A stretch of DNA of 64,000 nucleotides from a virus. Every line of letters begins with the position of its first letter. Position 1 is the first letter of the stretch. Below the pieces are notes generated by a model. That model saw only the letters and a program-made list of their open reading frames with translations. It had not been told where the DNA came from and searched no databases. Location: positions 96,043 through 160,042 of the IMG/VR virus record IMGVR_UViG_3300009082_000017. One strand, written 5' to 3'. Shown piece by piece: positions 39,938 through 51,529 of this stretch. A program made the position numbers and the translations under genes.

Positions 39938-41485
39938 TTGAGTGACATCGAAGAAAGAATCAAGAATGTACCTAATGAGATTTTGGTGATAGGTTCAATT
40001 TATAAGCAACCAGAATTACTTGTAGAATATGCTTTTTATATAAAAAGTAAGTACGACATAAGCGACCCCTCGTGTAAATTTTTTTACGATCATGCTGAAA
40101 TTATTTTTAAGAAAATGCCTGATGCGTTCAACAATCAATCAAACATTGATTTATACATGATGGAAGATAAAGAAAGATTCGAAACGTATAAAAAATATGG
40201 TGGTTGGAAAACTGTTGAAGAATGGATGAAATTAGCATCTGTTGATGATTTTAAAAATTACTTTGATACAATGAAGAAATTTTCATTGTGCCGCGAGTAT
40301 CATAGGAACGGGTACGCTATTGAGAAAATTTTAGATCACTCAAAATTCAATATTTTCTCACCAGAGGATATTTATCGCCTGATCAGAACTCGCGTAGACA
40401 AAGTACGCACAGTGATTATGAAAGATAACGATATAGAAATTTTGAACGAGAACATGTCAAGTGTCATTATGAACTGTCTTGATAACCCCGACATGGGACT
40501 TCCTTTGCAGTACCCTCTCGTAACCGATATGCTTAGGGGCATTAGGCTAAAACAAGCAATGTGTGTTGGTATGCTTAGTAATGCTGGCAAATCACGTTTT
40601 ATGTTTACAATCATTGCATATATTGCGCTTATATTGAAGAAAAAAGTTTTTATTCTTCTTAACGAGATGAGCATTTCTGAGATGCGATATTGTCTTCTTG
40701 TCACAATTTTAAACAATGAATGCTTTCAAAAATTAACTGGTGTTAAAATTGAAAAAAAAGAGAAGGAAATCACACTTGGTTTATTTAAGTCAGAAGATGG
40801 GGAATTTATTTATCGAAAAAGAGACGAAAACGGAAATAATATAGAATCTTTGGAAGATTTTGAAGAAAGATTAATGGTTGAGTCTGTTGAATATAGAAAA
40901 GTTATGAAAGTGGCAAAATGGATTGAAAAAGAAACCGAAGGATTGATTTATGCAAAAGATGTTTCTATGGCATATGATGATAAGAGTTTAAATTTTGAAA
41001 TTACTAAAGCACATATGACCAATTCAATTGATTATTTTTTCTATGATACTTTAAAGAATGATACAAATGCTCTTGGTGAGTGGGCAAGCTTAATTGCCAC
41101 AACTACTAAATTAAAAGAATTGGCAAATCAACTAAATATTTATATTTATGGCAGTATTCAGCTTACACCAGATGCCCATATGATGCAACCCATGGAATTA
41201 AATTCTATGACGATAGCTGCCTCAAAAGGAATTAAAAATATTCTTGATACTTTATTCTTATGTAAAGAAATTGAATCTAAGGATTTTCACAAATATTATT
41301 ATATTAATTATGAATCTAATAATGGGGATTGGGGAGAGGAATGTCAAAGAAGTTTGGATTTGAACAAAAGATATTATTGTTTTGTAACGGACAAACTTCG
41401 TAGTGGTGCAAAGAAAAACTTGCTCTTTAGTCTTGACCTCAATCTCAATAAATGGTCGGAGGACGGGGAATTATTTAGGAAATAA
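39938..41485 (+). CDS. DnaB-like replicative helicase
   Basis: GMLSNAGKS Walker A, NEM, YDTLK, SIQL, K.RSG. Confidence 0.88.
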   Translation: MSDIEERIKNVPNEILVIGSIYKQPELLVEYAFYIKSKYDISDPSCKFFYDHAEIIFKKMPDAFNNQSNIDLYMMEDKERFETYKKYGGWKTVEEWMKLASVDDFKNYFDTMKKFSLCREYHRNGYAIEKILDHSKFNIFSPEDIYRLIRTRVDKVRTVIMKDNDIEILNENMSSVIMNCLDNPDMGLPLQYPLVTDMLRGIRLKQAMCVGMLSNAGKSRFMFTIIAYIALILKKKVFILLNEMSISEMRYCLLVTILNNECFQKLTGVKIEKKEKEITLGLFKSEDGEFIYRKRDENGNNIESLEDFEERLMVESVEYRKVMKVAKWIEKETEGLIYAKDVSMAYDDKSLNFEITKAHMTNSIDYFFYDTLKNDTNALGEWASLIATTTKLKELANQLNIYIYGSIQLTPDAHMMQPMELNSMTIAASKGIKNILDTLFLCKEIESKDFHKYYYINYESNNGDWGEECQRSLDLNKRYYCFVTDKLRSGAKKNLLFSLDLNLNKWSEDGELFRK

Positions 41486-41487
41486 TT

Positions 41488-42236
41488 ATGACAAATAAAA
41501 TACCTCATAATTTTAAAGATTTAACTGGAATGACTTTTGGAAATTTAACTGTTATAAGAGAAAATGGTAGAGATAAAAATAAAGGAGTTATTTGGGAATG
41601 TCAATGTTCTTGTGAAAATAAAACAATAGAAAATATAAGAAGTTCATATTTGATACGAGGAAAGACAATTGGTTGCAAGGATTGTATGAAAAAACATGTG
41701 GCGAAATTAATTGGTGACGCACATAAAAAATATAATAAATATAATTTATCTGGCGAATATGGAATAGGATATGTGGACGATGGTAGAGAATTTTATTTTG
41801 ATAAAGAAGATTTTCATTTAATAGAAAAACATTATTGGAATATAGATCCTCATGGATATACATATACCAATAATCCCGATAGTAAAAATGGATATTTACA
41901 TCAAATAATACTAAATATTCCAAAAGGTTTTGTTGCAGATCATATAAATAGAAATAAATTAGATAATAGAAAAAATAATCTACGTATTTGTAAGAATGGA
42001 GACAACGCAAAAATTCAAATTTATCTAAAAATAATAAATCTGGGATAATTGGAATTTCTTGGGATTTAAAAAATAACAAATGGACATCTCGGATTACCAT
42101 AAATAGAAAAGGAATTAATCTTGGAAGATTTGATGACTTTGAAGAAGCAATTAAGGCAAGACTAAAGGCAGAAAAATTTTATTTTGGCGAATTCGCCCCA
42201 CAACAACATTTGTACGAGCAATATGGTATAATATAA
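41488..42236 (+). pseudogene. HNH-AP2 homing endonuclease, frameshifted
   Basis: Frame breaks at A5 run 42009-42013; the alternative frame continues NSNLSKNNKSGIIG...AIKARLKAE...QQHLYEQYGII* (stop 42236), matching two intact paralogs. Confidence 0.88.
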
Positions 42237-42281
42237 TAATACACAAAAACAATAACCCTATAGAAAGGACACCCAACAACC

Positions 42282-43298
42282 ATGGATTCATATCAACTTA
42301 AAGAATATATCATTGAAAATAATAAAGTAGAATTTATTCTACAAGAGTTGGGTTGTCAACATATAAAACTACACTCTGGTTATTGGACTTGTGGTAATCC
42401 ACCTCCTTCTGATAATCCTCAAGCAATAACCCTATACAATAACGAATTTTTAAATGTTGTAAATTATACTAAAGACATGGGAGAAAGAACTGACATTTTT
42501 TCTCTTATTGGATTTATAAATCAATGTAATTTCTTTGAGTCGATGTTGTGGTGTTGTAATGTGTTAGGTTTAGATTATTATCATGAGCCGACATTAGAGT
42601 TACCTGAGAGTCTTAGGATTACAAAGATGTTGATGAAGATGAAAATTAATGATGAGGAAGAGGATGATACACCTATTAGGGTTTTGGATAAGAACATTTT
42701 AAAATATTACAAAACTCCCTGCGTAAACGATATGTTTTTAAAGGATGGAATAAGCTATGACTGTCAGAAGGAATTTTTAATAGGTTACGACGAAGAAAGT
42801 AATAGGCTAACGATTCCGATATTTGATGAAATAAATTCACTCGTCTCGATTAAAGCAAGACTATTCAAAGAAGAACTTTCTGAATATGACCAAAAATATA
42901 TTTATCTTTATAAATGCCCTAGAAATAAAATACTTTTTGGTCTAAATAAAACACATGATTATATTAAGGAAAGTGGTAAAATCTTTGTTGGAGAATCAGA
43001 GAAGAGCGTTTTACAATTATGGTCTTATGGGGTTAAGAATAGTGTAGGGATAGGCGGGAAAAAGATTGGTAAGCGCCAGATAGACATGCTTTCACGTCTT
43101 AATGCTAAGATTTGTTTTGCGTTTGATAAAGACGTGACTCAGAAAGAATTGGAAGAAAAAGCAAATATGTTTGTAGATGGAATTCCTATTTATGCTATTA
43201 TTGATACAGATGGGATTTTGGGGGAGAAGGAATCGCCTATGGATAATAAAAGCAAGTGGGAAATTTTGAGTAAGAATAATGTTTATAAAATTAAATAA
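42282..43298 (+). CDS. dnaG: DNA primase (TOPRIM)
   Basis: RLTIPI, KYIY, LFGLN, VGESEKSV, FAFDKD. Confidence 0.85.
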   Translation: MDSYQLKEYIIENNKVEFILQELGCQHIKLHSGYWTCGNPPPSDNPQAITLYNNEFLNVVNYTKDMGERTDIFSLIGFINQCNFFESMLWCCNVLGLDYYHEPTLELPESLRITKMLMKMKINDEEEDDTPIRVLDKNILKYYKTPCVNDMFLKDGISYDCQKEFLIGYDEESNRLTIPIFDEINSLVSIKARLFKEELSEYDQKYIYLYKCPRNKILFGLNKTHDYIKESGKIFVGESEKSVLQLWSYGVKNSVGIGGKKIGKRQIDMLSRLNAKICFAFDKDVTQKELEEKANMFVDGIPIYAIIDTDGILGEKESPMDNKSKWEILSKNNVYKIK

Positions 43299-43316
43299 TA
43301 GAATGGAAAATAATAA

Positions 43317-45053
43317 ATGAAATATAAATTAATTGAAAATAATATAAATTTTAGTAATGATAATAGTTACAATTTGGTTGATAGAATCCTAATAAATAGA
43401 GGGGTATCTGAACCAAAGCACTATTTAAAAACCACAGATGCCGACTTATATCCATATCAACTTTTAGATAATATGGATGAAGCGGTAAAATGCCTATTGA
43501 CACATATTGAAAACAATGATAATATTTGTATTCTGGTCGATTGTGACGGAGATGGCGTTTGCTCGGCAGCAATGCTATATCAATATTTGAAAGAAGCTTT
43601 TCCATCTATTCATTTACAATATACTATGCAAGATGGGAAACAACATGGACTTAGTGATAAAACAAAATTGCCAGAAAATATTCAATTACTTTTGACACCG
43701 GATGCATCCACAAATGATGTCAAACCCTGTAAAAAATTAAAAGAAAATGGTGTTGATGTAGTTTCATTAGACCATCACATTAAAAACGTCGAGAATCCTT
43801 ATGCTATTATTGTAAATCCATATTGTAGCAAAAACTATCCTAATTTTAATCTTTCTGGAGGAGCAGTAACTTATAAGTTTTTACAGGCGCTTGATTCAGA
43901 GTTGTGGGGTGATAATGCCAATAAATATTTAGATTTGGTTGCATTGTCCTTAATCTCAGATTCTATGGATTTGCGTGAAAAAGAATGCCGTAGATTGGTA
44001 GAATTAGGTCTTTCTAATATTAAAAATAAAGCATTTTTGTCAATTATTAATAAACAAAATTATTCTATTGGTGGAGACGTTAATATTATCAACGTGATGT
44101 TTTATATAACGCCATTGATTAATAGCACAATTCGCGCAGGAGAAATGGAAGATAAAAAGAATCTCTTCGAAGCCTTTTGCCAAATTGATCAAGATTTTGA
44201 CTATACTAAGAATAGTAAAACTGAAACCGTCAAAGAAGATATTTATACAAGAGTAGCAAGAGTCGCTACAAATTTACGTGCAAAACAAAATCGTGAGATT
44301 GATAAAGGACTAGAAATTATTAATCAAGATATTGAAAAATATAATCGAAATAATAATAAGGTTTTATTTGCAAATTGTAATGGATTGGATAGCAATTACG
44401 TGGGGCTTGTAGCGATGAAGCTCGCATCACAATATTCCAAACCCTGTATCCTTATCCATGAATCAGAAAGAAGTGCAGATTATTATACTGGTTCTATGAG
44501 AAATTATAATAATAGCCCTATTGAAAACTTCAAACAATTTATTGAAGAGACGAAATTATTTGATTTCGTACAAGGGCATATGGGAGCCAGTGGGGTCGGT
44601 CTGAAAAAACAAAATATCAAAAAAGCAATTGATTTTATGAATGAAAAATTGAAAGATGTTGATTTTGATAAATTTTATAGAGTTGATTTTATTATGTCTC
44701 CAGAAGAAATTACTCTTGATTTTGTGCAAGAATTAGATAAATTAAAGGGTATTTGGTGTGGTACAATTGAAGAACCTTGTATTTTGGTTAAGGGTGTTAG
44801 GGTTAATACTAATGATATTGAGTTGATGGGTAAGGAACAAGACAGTTTCAAATTTAGATTAAATGAGGATGGAGTCCAATGTATGGGATTTAAGAGAAAT
44901 ACAGACGACCCTATACTTAAACTAAAAGAAGAAGAACCATTAGGGACATGGATAGAATTAGAAGCTGTTGTGAAAGTAAACATGAACTCATTCAACCAAA
45001 TTCTTTCACCGCAATCAGTCATTCAGGATTATAATTTGATTAAAAAAGGATAA
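43317..45053 (+). CDS. recJ: RecJ ssDNA exonuclease
   Basis: DCDGDG, QHG, LDHH, LSGGAV, SD.M, GSMR, QGH. Confidence 0.92.
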   Translation: MKYKLIENNINFSNDNSYNLVDRILINRGVSEPKHYLKTTDADLYPYQLLDNMDEAVKCLLTHIENNDNICILVDCDGDGVCSAAMLYQYLKEAFPSIHLQYTMQDGKQHGLSDKTKLPENIQLLLTPDASTNDVKPCKKLKENGVDVVSLDHHIKNVENPYAIIVNPYCSKNYPNFNLSGGAVTYKFLQALDSELWGDNANKYLDLVALSLISDSMDLREKECRRLVELGLSNIKNKAFLSIINKQNYSIGGDVNIINVMFYITPLINSTIRAGEMEDKKNLFEAFCQIDQDFDYTKNSKTETVKEDIYTRVARVATNLRAKQNREIDKGLEIINQDIEKYNRNNNKVLFANCNGLDSNYVGLVAMKLASQYSKPCILIHESERSADYYTGSMRNYNNSPIENFKQFIEETKLFDFVQGHMGASGVGLKKQNIKKAIDFMNEKLKDVDFDKFYRVDFIMSPEEITLDFVQELDKLKGIWCGTIEEPCILVKGVRVNTNDIELMGKEQDSFKFRLNEDGVQCMGFKRNTDDPILKLKEEEPLGTWIELEAVVKVNMNSFNQILSPQSVIQDYNLIKKG

Positions 45054-45056
45054 TAT

Positions 45057-48000
45057 ATGACTTATACCGCATTACATAACCATAGCATGTACAGCCTCTT
45101 GGATGCCTTTTCAACCCCAAGAGACTATTTAGAACGTGCAAAAGAAATAGGATTAAAAGGATTTGGAATACATGAGCATGGCAATGAGTATTCTTGGATT
45201 TATTATGCGGAAATCCAAAAAGAATATCCAGAGATACGTCTTTTGTATGGGGTTGAAGCGTATGAGGCTTTTGACATTAATATAAAGGATAAAGATAGTA
45301 AATATTTTCATTTACTTCTAACTTGTATTAATGAAAAATCTCGTATAGCCTTAAACGAAATTGTTTCAAAATCAAATTTAGAAGGATTTTATTATCGTCC
45401 TAGAGTTGATTTGAATATGTTAAAACCATATGGAGACCTATTTATTGTATCTACCGCGTGTTTAGCTTCCAAAATTTCAAGAGAACAAGACTATCAAAAA
45501 TGTATTGAATATATTGAAGAATACAAATCTATATTCCCACATTTTTATCTTGAAATAATGCCTCATAATACTCCTGATCAAATTGAATATAACCAAAAAC
45601 TTATTCAATTATCAAAAGACACCAATACTGATTTTATTATTACTTGTGATAGCCATTCAGCCACAAAAGAAGATTTGTACTATCAAGGTCGATTAGTACA
45701 AATTGCTCGTGATGAAGAAACAATGACAGAAGTTTATCAAGATTGTTATTTAATGAGTGATTATGAAATTCATGAAATTTTGGATTCACAAATTGGTGTT
45801 GATAATGTAAATTTAGGGTTATTAAATACTAATAAAATACTTGATATTGCCGAAGATGTAAAGATGCCTTTTCAATCATCAAAACTTCCTCACTATCCGT
45901 TACCAGAAGGTATTGATACCAATGAAGAATATTTAAAAGAACTTGCTTATGAAGGTTGGTCGAAAAGAAATTTTAATAAACTTTCTGAAGAAGAACAAAA
46001 TATACGAAAAGAACGTATCGAATATGAATTAAAAATGATTCATCAAATGGATTTTGATGGGTATTTTTTGATTGTATGGGATTTTATTAATTGGTCTAAA
46101 TCAAATGGAGTGTACGTCGGCCCAGGTCGTGGTTCTGCCGGTGGCTCAATTGTTTGCTATCTTCTTGGAATTAGTGAACTTGATCCAATTAAATATAATT
46201 TGATTTTTGAACGCTTTATAAATCCTGAAAGAATTTCGGAACCTGATGTTGATCTAGATTTTGACAATCGGGAAAAAGTTGTTCAATATATTACTGAGAA
46301 ATATGGTGAAGATAAAGTTTTTCAAATTATTAATTTTAGCTATATTACTCCATTATTAGCGATTAAAGATGTTGCTCGTACATTGGGAATACCATATTTA
46401 ATATCAGAGCAAATCTCCAAAAAATTTACTTATGAAACTTTTGATGAATGTATTGAAAATAATAAAGATCTATTAGATAAATATTCAGAATATACAGATT
46501 TGTTTAAAATAGCGTCAAAATTATCAGGGAAAGTTCGTCATGCTTCCGTACATGCAGGTGGTGTTGGAATTGTTGATACCAATGTTTATAACTTCATGGG
46601 TATGAAATTAGGAGCAAAAGGTGAACATGTAATTCAAGTAGATAAAAAGAAAGCCGAAGATATTGGGATTATTAAATTTGATATTCTTGGCGTTTCTACA
46701 TTATCTGTTATTAAAGACATTCTTGAAGAAACCAAAATAGATCCATGGGAAATTGACCCAAACAACGATATATTTTTATCTGATGAAAAGATGTATGATA
46801 TTTTGAGAAGTGCGAATACTAATGGTGTCTTTCAAGTAGAATCTCAAGGTATGAAAGATTTATTAGTACGCCTTGAACCAGATAATATTAATGACATAAG
46901 TGCAGTTTTAGCACTTTATCGCCCAGATTCCATGGAGTTCTTGGACGATTACATTAAATACAAACATAATCCTTCTGAAATAGATGTTTGGCATGATGAT
47001 ATGTTACCTATTGTAAAAGATACTTATGGCTGTATAATTTACCAAGAGGAATTGATGGCTCTTGTTAGGAAATTTGGGGGCAGGACAATGGGTGGTGCCG
47101 ATCTTTTCAGGAAGGCCATCGGTAAGAAAGATATAAAATTAGTTAAAAAAGAAGCAAAGAAACTAGAAGAAGAAATTATTAATAATGGGTATGGCAAACA
47201 ATTGGCGAAAAAAATTAGTGAATATTTGTCCTCTAAAGGATCATATATGTTCAACAAATCGCATTCGGAACTTTATGGTATTTTAACCCTACAAACTGCC
47301 TATCTCAAAGCCCATTACCCTGTATATTTTTTTAAGGCTCTTTTCAACCAAAACAAAAATGATTATGGAACTTTAAATAAATACATCATTGACGCACAAA
47401 AAATGAATGTAGAAATTGTAACCCCAAACATAAATGACTCTGATAGGAACTTCTCTGTTAAAGATAATAAAATTATTTTTGGACTTGAAGCTATTAAAGG
47501 AATCGGCGGTAAACTTGTTGACACAATTATTGAAGAAAAAACCAATAATGGTAAATTCCTAAATTTAAAAGATTTTGTCATACGAACCCAACCATCAATT
47601 TCACAAATTGTTGCATTAGTAAAATCAGGTGCAGTTCCTTGCAAAAATAAATATGAATATTTGGTAAACTATGCAGAATCATTAATAGAATCAAAAGAAT
47701 ATTCACCTGTAAAATCATTACCATCTACTTCAATTTTGAAAGAAAAATATAATTTGAACCTCGATAAAATATCTGACAAAGAAGAAAAACTATCTAGATA
47801 TAATAACGTCCGAAAAGTAGAATATAATAAGCAACAAATTCAAAAAAGAAATAAGTTCATTCAAGAGTTTCAAGAAAAATATTTGCAAAATAAGGAGTTG
47901 TGGGAATTTGAAACACTATCTATATTCTTGAAAGATAATCCTTTCGAAAATGCTTACAAATATATTGCCCCAATTGAAGATTGCAGTGATAATGGTAAGT

Positions 48001-48257
48001 GTGTGGTGATAGGTGTTATTTCAGATATTACCAAAAAGAAAGATCATCATGGGAAACAATTTGCTTTTGTGAATTTATATTCTCCATTTGGACTTTTGGA
48101 TATTACTGTTTGGCATACACAATTAAATGAGTTTGCAGACCTTATAAAGAAGGGACAACAGATCGCTGTGTTGTGCAAGAAAAATGATGAGAGATTGATT
48201 GCCGAATCCTTTAAAACATACGACAAATGGTTGGAAGATAGAAAACTTAAAAAATAA
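45057..48257 (+). CDS. dnaE: DNA polymerase III alpha subunit
   Basis: LHNHS.YSLLD PHP domain, GPGRGSAGGS, PDVDLD, KFDILG, FNKSHS. Confidence 0.97.
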   Translation: MTYTALHNHSMYSLLDAFSTPRDYLERAKEIGLKGFGIHEHGNEYSWIYYAEIQKEYPEIRLLYGVEAYEAFDINIKDKDSKYFHLLLTCINEKSRIALNEIVSKSNLEGFYYRPRVDLNMLKPYGDLFIVSTACLASKISREQDYQKCIEYIEEYKSIFPHFYLEIMPHNTPDQIEYNQKLIQLSKDTNTDFIITCDSHSATKEDLYYQGRLVQIARDEETMTEVYQDCYLMSDYEIHEILDSQIGVDNVNLGLLNTNKILDIAEDVKMPFQSSKLPHYPLPEGIDTNEEYLKELAYEGWSKRNFNKLSEEEQNIRKERIEYELKMIHQMDFDGYFLIVWDFINWSKSNGVYVGPGRGSAGGSIVCYLLGISELDPIKYNLIFERFINPERISEPDVDLDFDNREKVVQYITEKYGEDKVFQIINFSYITPLLAIKDVARTLGIPYLISEQISKKFTYETFDECIENNKDLLDKYSEYTDLFKIASKLSGKVRHASVHAGGVGIVDTNVYNFMGMKLGAKGEHVIQVDKKKAEDIGIIKFDILGVSTLSVIKDILEETKIDPWEIDPNNDIFLSDEKMYDILRSANTNGVFQVESQGMKDLLVRLEPDNINDISAVLALYRPDSMEFLDDYIKYKHNPSEIDVWHDDMLPIVKDTYGCIIYQEELMALVRKFGGRTMGGADLFRKAIGKKDIKLVKKEAKKLEEEIINNGYGKQLAKKISEYLSSKGSYMFNKSHSELYGILTLQTAYLKAHYPVYFFKALFNQNKNDYGTLNKYIIDAQKMNVEIVTPNINDSDRNFSVKDNKIIFGLEAIKGIGGKLVDTIIEEKTNNGKFLNLKDFVIRTQPSISQIVALVKSGAVPCKNKYEYLVNYAESLIESKEYSPVKSLPSTSILKEKYNLNLDKISDKEEKLSRYNNVRKVEYNKQQIQKRNKFIQEFQEKYLQNKELWEFETLSIFLKDNPFENAYKYIAPIEDCSDNGKCVVIGVISDITKKKDHHGKQFAFVNLYSPFGLLDITVWHTQLNEFADLIKKGQQIAVLCKKNDERLIAESFKTYDKWLEDRKLKK

Positions 48258-48289
48258 AAATAAATATAAAACATATTACCACATATCCC

Positions 48290-48318
48290 TTGACAGATTA
48301 CAAGATATGTGGTAATAT
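48290..48318 (+). promoter_or_regulatory. sigma70-type promoter
   Basis: TTGACA-17-TAATAT, extended TG. Confidence 0.75.
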
Positions 48319-48355
48319 AAATAGATATAAAAAACTAAACCAAAAGGACAAAAAC

Positions 48356-50578
48356 TTGGACACTACAACAATCTACGAATTCAAAATAACTCCAATTGTA
48401 GAACTCTATTACAACGAAGACAATTTTTACGGAGTCTACAAATTTCGAACGCTAGATTCATATCTCCCAGAAATTAAGCAAACCGAAGCTTATGACTTTG
48501 ACTCAAATAAAACAGAGATGAAGTTTGAAGGAATGCTTGCTGGCCGTACCCAAAGATTGAATATGGGTACGGAGTATGAGGTTAAGGCAAAATTAGAGTT
48601 TTCAAAAAAATATAAAAATTATAATTATGTTCCCATTTCTGTCACTCAGCCGATGCCAAAAAGTCTTGATGATCAGAAAAAATTCCTTCAGTCTGTTTGT
48701 ACACCTTTGCAAGCAGAAACACTTTTAGAACAATACCCTGATGTTGTTCAAATGATTGTGGATGGTAGAGAAGGAGAAATTGATTTAGGTAAGACGAAGG
48801 GGATTAAGGAAATTACTTTTGAGAATATTAAGAGTAAGGTGTTGGATAATTATGCGATTTCGGACATCCTTAGTCTTTTGGTTCCGCTTGGGATCTCCTT
48901 CTCAAAAATTAGGAAGTTGTTAGGCGGTGAACCTAACCCTACTATATTGAAGGAAAAGATTTTGGATGATCCTTATTTATTGAGTGACATTCCTGGAATT
49001 TCATTTAAGGTAGTAGACGGTATCGCAGTTGGGATGAATCCTGAATTTAGGACTTCAAAAAAGAGAATTATTTCTTTTATCAAAAATCATTTAAGAGAAG
49101 TTGGTGAAAGCGATGGGCATACTTTTATTTATAAAAATGAGTTGTCTGAAAAGATAAATAATACTATTTCTGAATGTGAAGAATTGTTTGAAGAGGTTTT
49201 GTCTGAGCAAGAAGAATATGAAACATTTTTACATATTGAAGGAGATAAGATTGGTTTAAATTATTGTTGGTATGTCGAAAAAGAAATTTATAGAATCCTA
49301 AAAGAGATAAATGATAGCGAACCAATTGTATTAACGCAAGAAGAAATTGATAATGGAATTTCAAATGCTGAGAAAGAATTGGGATTTAATTATACCGAAG
49401 AACAACGAGAAATTTTAATAAATTGTACCAAATCAAATCTTACTTTAATTACAGGAAAGGCAGGTACAGGGAAGACAAGTCTCACAAGAGGACTATTAAA
49501 TATTTATAAAAATCATTCTATGGTTTGTGTGGCATTATCAGCAAAGGCTGCAAAGAGAATAAATGAGATCACGGGATTCGCCAGCAGTACAATCCACCGA
49601 GCCTTGGGAGCGAAGGGACTTAATTCCTTTGTTTACAATAAAGATTTCAGAATGCCATATGAAGTAAACTTAGTAGAAGAAATGTCGATGACGAATAATT
49701 CTTTGTTTTATGATTTTATTTCCGCAATGAGGATTGGTTCTAAACTTATTCTATGCGGAGATCCATTTCAAATTCCAGCGATAGGAGCAGGAGCGGTTTT
49801 TTCGGATATACTTGAAAAAGATATTTTTGATGTAAATAAACTTACAAAAATATTAAGGCAAAGCGAGGATTCTGGAATTGTTGTAGATGCAAATAAAATT
49901 AGAGACGGAATATCGCCCATCAAAACACCCTCATTTAAAGAAGCTCACGGATTGAACGGAGATATGGTTTTTATGTTCCGTAGTGATAGGGATGAGTTGA
50001 ATAGAATTGCTATTGAAACATATTTAAAAACAATCAAAGATGTTGGTATAGATAATTGTTATATTTTGACTACGAGACGAGAAGGATGTGTTAATAGTAG
50101 TCGTGAAATTAGTAAAAAAATACAAGATATTTTGATTGGCGATGATGTAGCAATGATGAAATATGGAGATAATAAAACATTCAAATTGGGTGCAAGGGTA
50201 ATCCACACCTTCAATGATTACGATACTCAAACTTTTAATGGCGATATGGGAACAATTACAAGTTTTGGTAAGGACGAAGGTGGAGATTTCTTAGAAGTTA
50301 CTTACCCTGAAAAAACTACAACATATTATAAAGGAGATTTAAAGAAATTAGAATTGTCTTATTGCCTCAGCACACACCGATTCCAGGGGAGTGAATCCAA
50401 AGTAATTATAGGGATCATTGATAATAATGGCTTTCTTTTATTATCACGTCCTATGCTCTACACACTCATCACGCGCGGGAAAGAAAGAGTTTTATTGCTT
50501 GCAGAGCCATTTGCATATAACCAAGCATTGAAAGAAGAAAATGCTGGTATAAGAAAAACATGGATGAAAGGATTTTAA
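48356..50578 (+). CDS. recD2: RecD2-like SF1B helicase
   Basis: GKAGTGKT, TIHR, GD..Q, ILRQ, FNGD.G, H..QGSE, YT.ITR; TTG 48356 after AAAGGA preferred because 48290 is the -35 box. Confidence 0.92.
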   Translation: MDTTTIYEFKITPIVELYYNEDNFYGVYKFRTLDSYLPEIKQTEAYDFDSNKTEMKFEGMLAGRTQRLNMGTEYEVKAKLEFSKKYKNYNYVPISVTQPMPKSLDDQKKFLQSVCTPLQAETLLEQYPDVVQMIVDGREGEIDLGKTKGIKEITFENIKSKVLDNYAISDILSLLVPLGISFSKIRKLLGGEPNPTILKEKILDDPYLLSDIPGISFKVVDGIAVGMNPEFRTSKKRIISFIKNHLREVGESDGHTFIYKNELSEKINNTISECEELFEEVLSEQEEYETFLHIEGDKIGLNYCWYVEKEIYRILKEINDSEPIVLTQEEIDNGISNAEKELGFNYTEEQREILINCTKSNLTLITGKAGTGKTSLTRGLLNIYKNHSMVCVALSAKAAKRINEITGFASSTIHRALGAKGLNSFVYNKDFRMPYEVNLVEEMSMTNNSLFYDFISAMRIGSKLILCGDPFQIPAIGAGAVFSDILEKDIFDVNKLTKILRQSEDSGIVVDANKIRDGISPIKTPSFKEAHGLNGDMVFMFRSDRDELNRIAIETYLKTIKDVGIDNCYILTTRREGCVNSSREISKKIQDILIGDDVAMMKYGDNKTFKLGARVIHTFNDYDTQTFNGDMGTITSFGKDEGGDFLEVTYPEKTTTYYKGDLKKLELSYCLSTHRFQGSESKVIIGIIDNNGFLLLSRPMLYTLITRGKERVLLLAEPFAYNQALKEENAGIRKTWMKGF

Positions 50579-50579
50579 A

Positions 50580-51314
50580 TTGTCTTTAATAGATTTGACT
50601 GGAAAAAGATTTGGAATGTTGGTAGTTCTTCATAGGACTGAAAGACCAGAAGGGGTAAAAACTGGAACATTTTGGTTGTGTCAATGTGATTGTAAAAGTG
50701 ATCCGGTGGCCGTAAGAGCAGGAAATATAAAAAAACAACATTCTTGTGGGTGTTATAGAAATTTAATGGCTTCTACGCGACAAAAGAAATATAATGAATA
50801 TAATTTGTCTGGAGAATACGGAATAGGTTATACCCTAAAAGGTGAAGAATTTTATTTTGATTTAGAAGATTATGATAAAATCAAAGACTATTGTTGGTAT
50901 ATGCATCAAGATAATTATTTATCAACAAATATTCCAGGATATTATCATCCAAGATTAGAAGTATTAATGCACAGAATGATTCTCGGATTAGAAGATCCAT
51001 CTATTCAAGTTGATCATATTGATAGACACAGAAATGATAATAGAAAATTTAATTTAAGAATCGCTTCTCCTAAACAAAATTCTAGAAACAGAACTAGACC
51101 AAGTAATAATTCTAGCGGAGTAATGGGAGTTTGTTGGTCTGATAGAAGTGGAAAATATAGAGCATATATAACATATAATCATAGATGGATTACTTTAGGA
51201 GAATTTGGTGATATGGAAGATGCAATAAAAGCTAGATTAAAAGCTGAGTTGGAATATTTTGGATTAGAATTTTCTTCACAACGTCATCTATTTAAAGAAT
51301 ACGGAATAATTTAG
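50580..51314 (+). CDS. HNH-AP2 homing endonuclease
   Basis: DLTGKRFG, WLCQCDC, SCGC, HR...VDH...N...N, AP2 C-terminus. Confidence 0.9.
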   Translation: MSLIDLTGKRFGMLVVLHRTERPEGVKTGTFWLCQCDCKSDPVAVRAGNIKKQHSCGCYRNLMASTRQKKYNEYNLSGEYGIGYTLKGEEFYFDLEDYDKIKDYCWYMHQDNYLSTNIPGYYHPRLEVLMHRMILGLEDPSIQVDHIDRHRNDNRKFNLRIASPKQNSRNRTRPSNNSSGVMGVCWSDRSGKYRAYITYNHRWITLGEFGDMEDAIKARLKAELEYFGLEFSSQRHLFKEYGII

Positions 51315-51328
51315 TCAAAGGAGACCCT

Positions 51329-51529
51329 ATGCCCGAATACCAATACCGATGTACCTTATGTTCCACCAAATTTTCTATCTTTCGTCCAATGTCAGAATCA
51401 TGGGAAGTTTATTGTCCAAAATGTAGGAGTGAACACTTGGAAAGAATTTTCTTTGCTACACCTGCTGTCTTTAATGGAAAAGGTTTTTATAAAACTGATA
51501 ATAGAATACCCTTGACAGACGACGAATAA
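51329..51529 (+). CDS. FmdB-family zinc ribbon protein
   Basis: MPEYQYRC..C...CPKC.S...F.GKGFY.TD. Confidence 0.85.
   Translation: MPEYQYRCTLCSTKFSIFRPMSESWEVYCPKCRSEHLERIFFATPAVFNGKGFYKTDNRIPLTDDE

Noticed and set aside
45057-48257. Inteins in DnaE, helicase or RNR
   Set aside because: Lengths are normal and no C...HN-C/S/T splice motifs were seen; the RNR interruption is an RNA intron.
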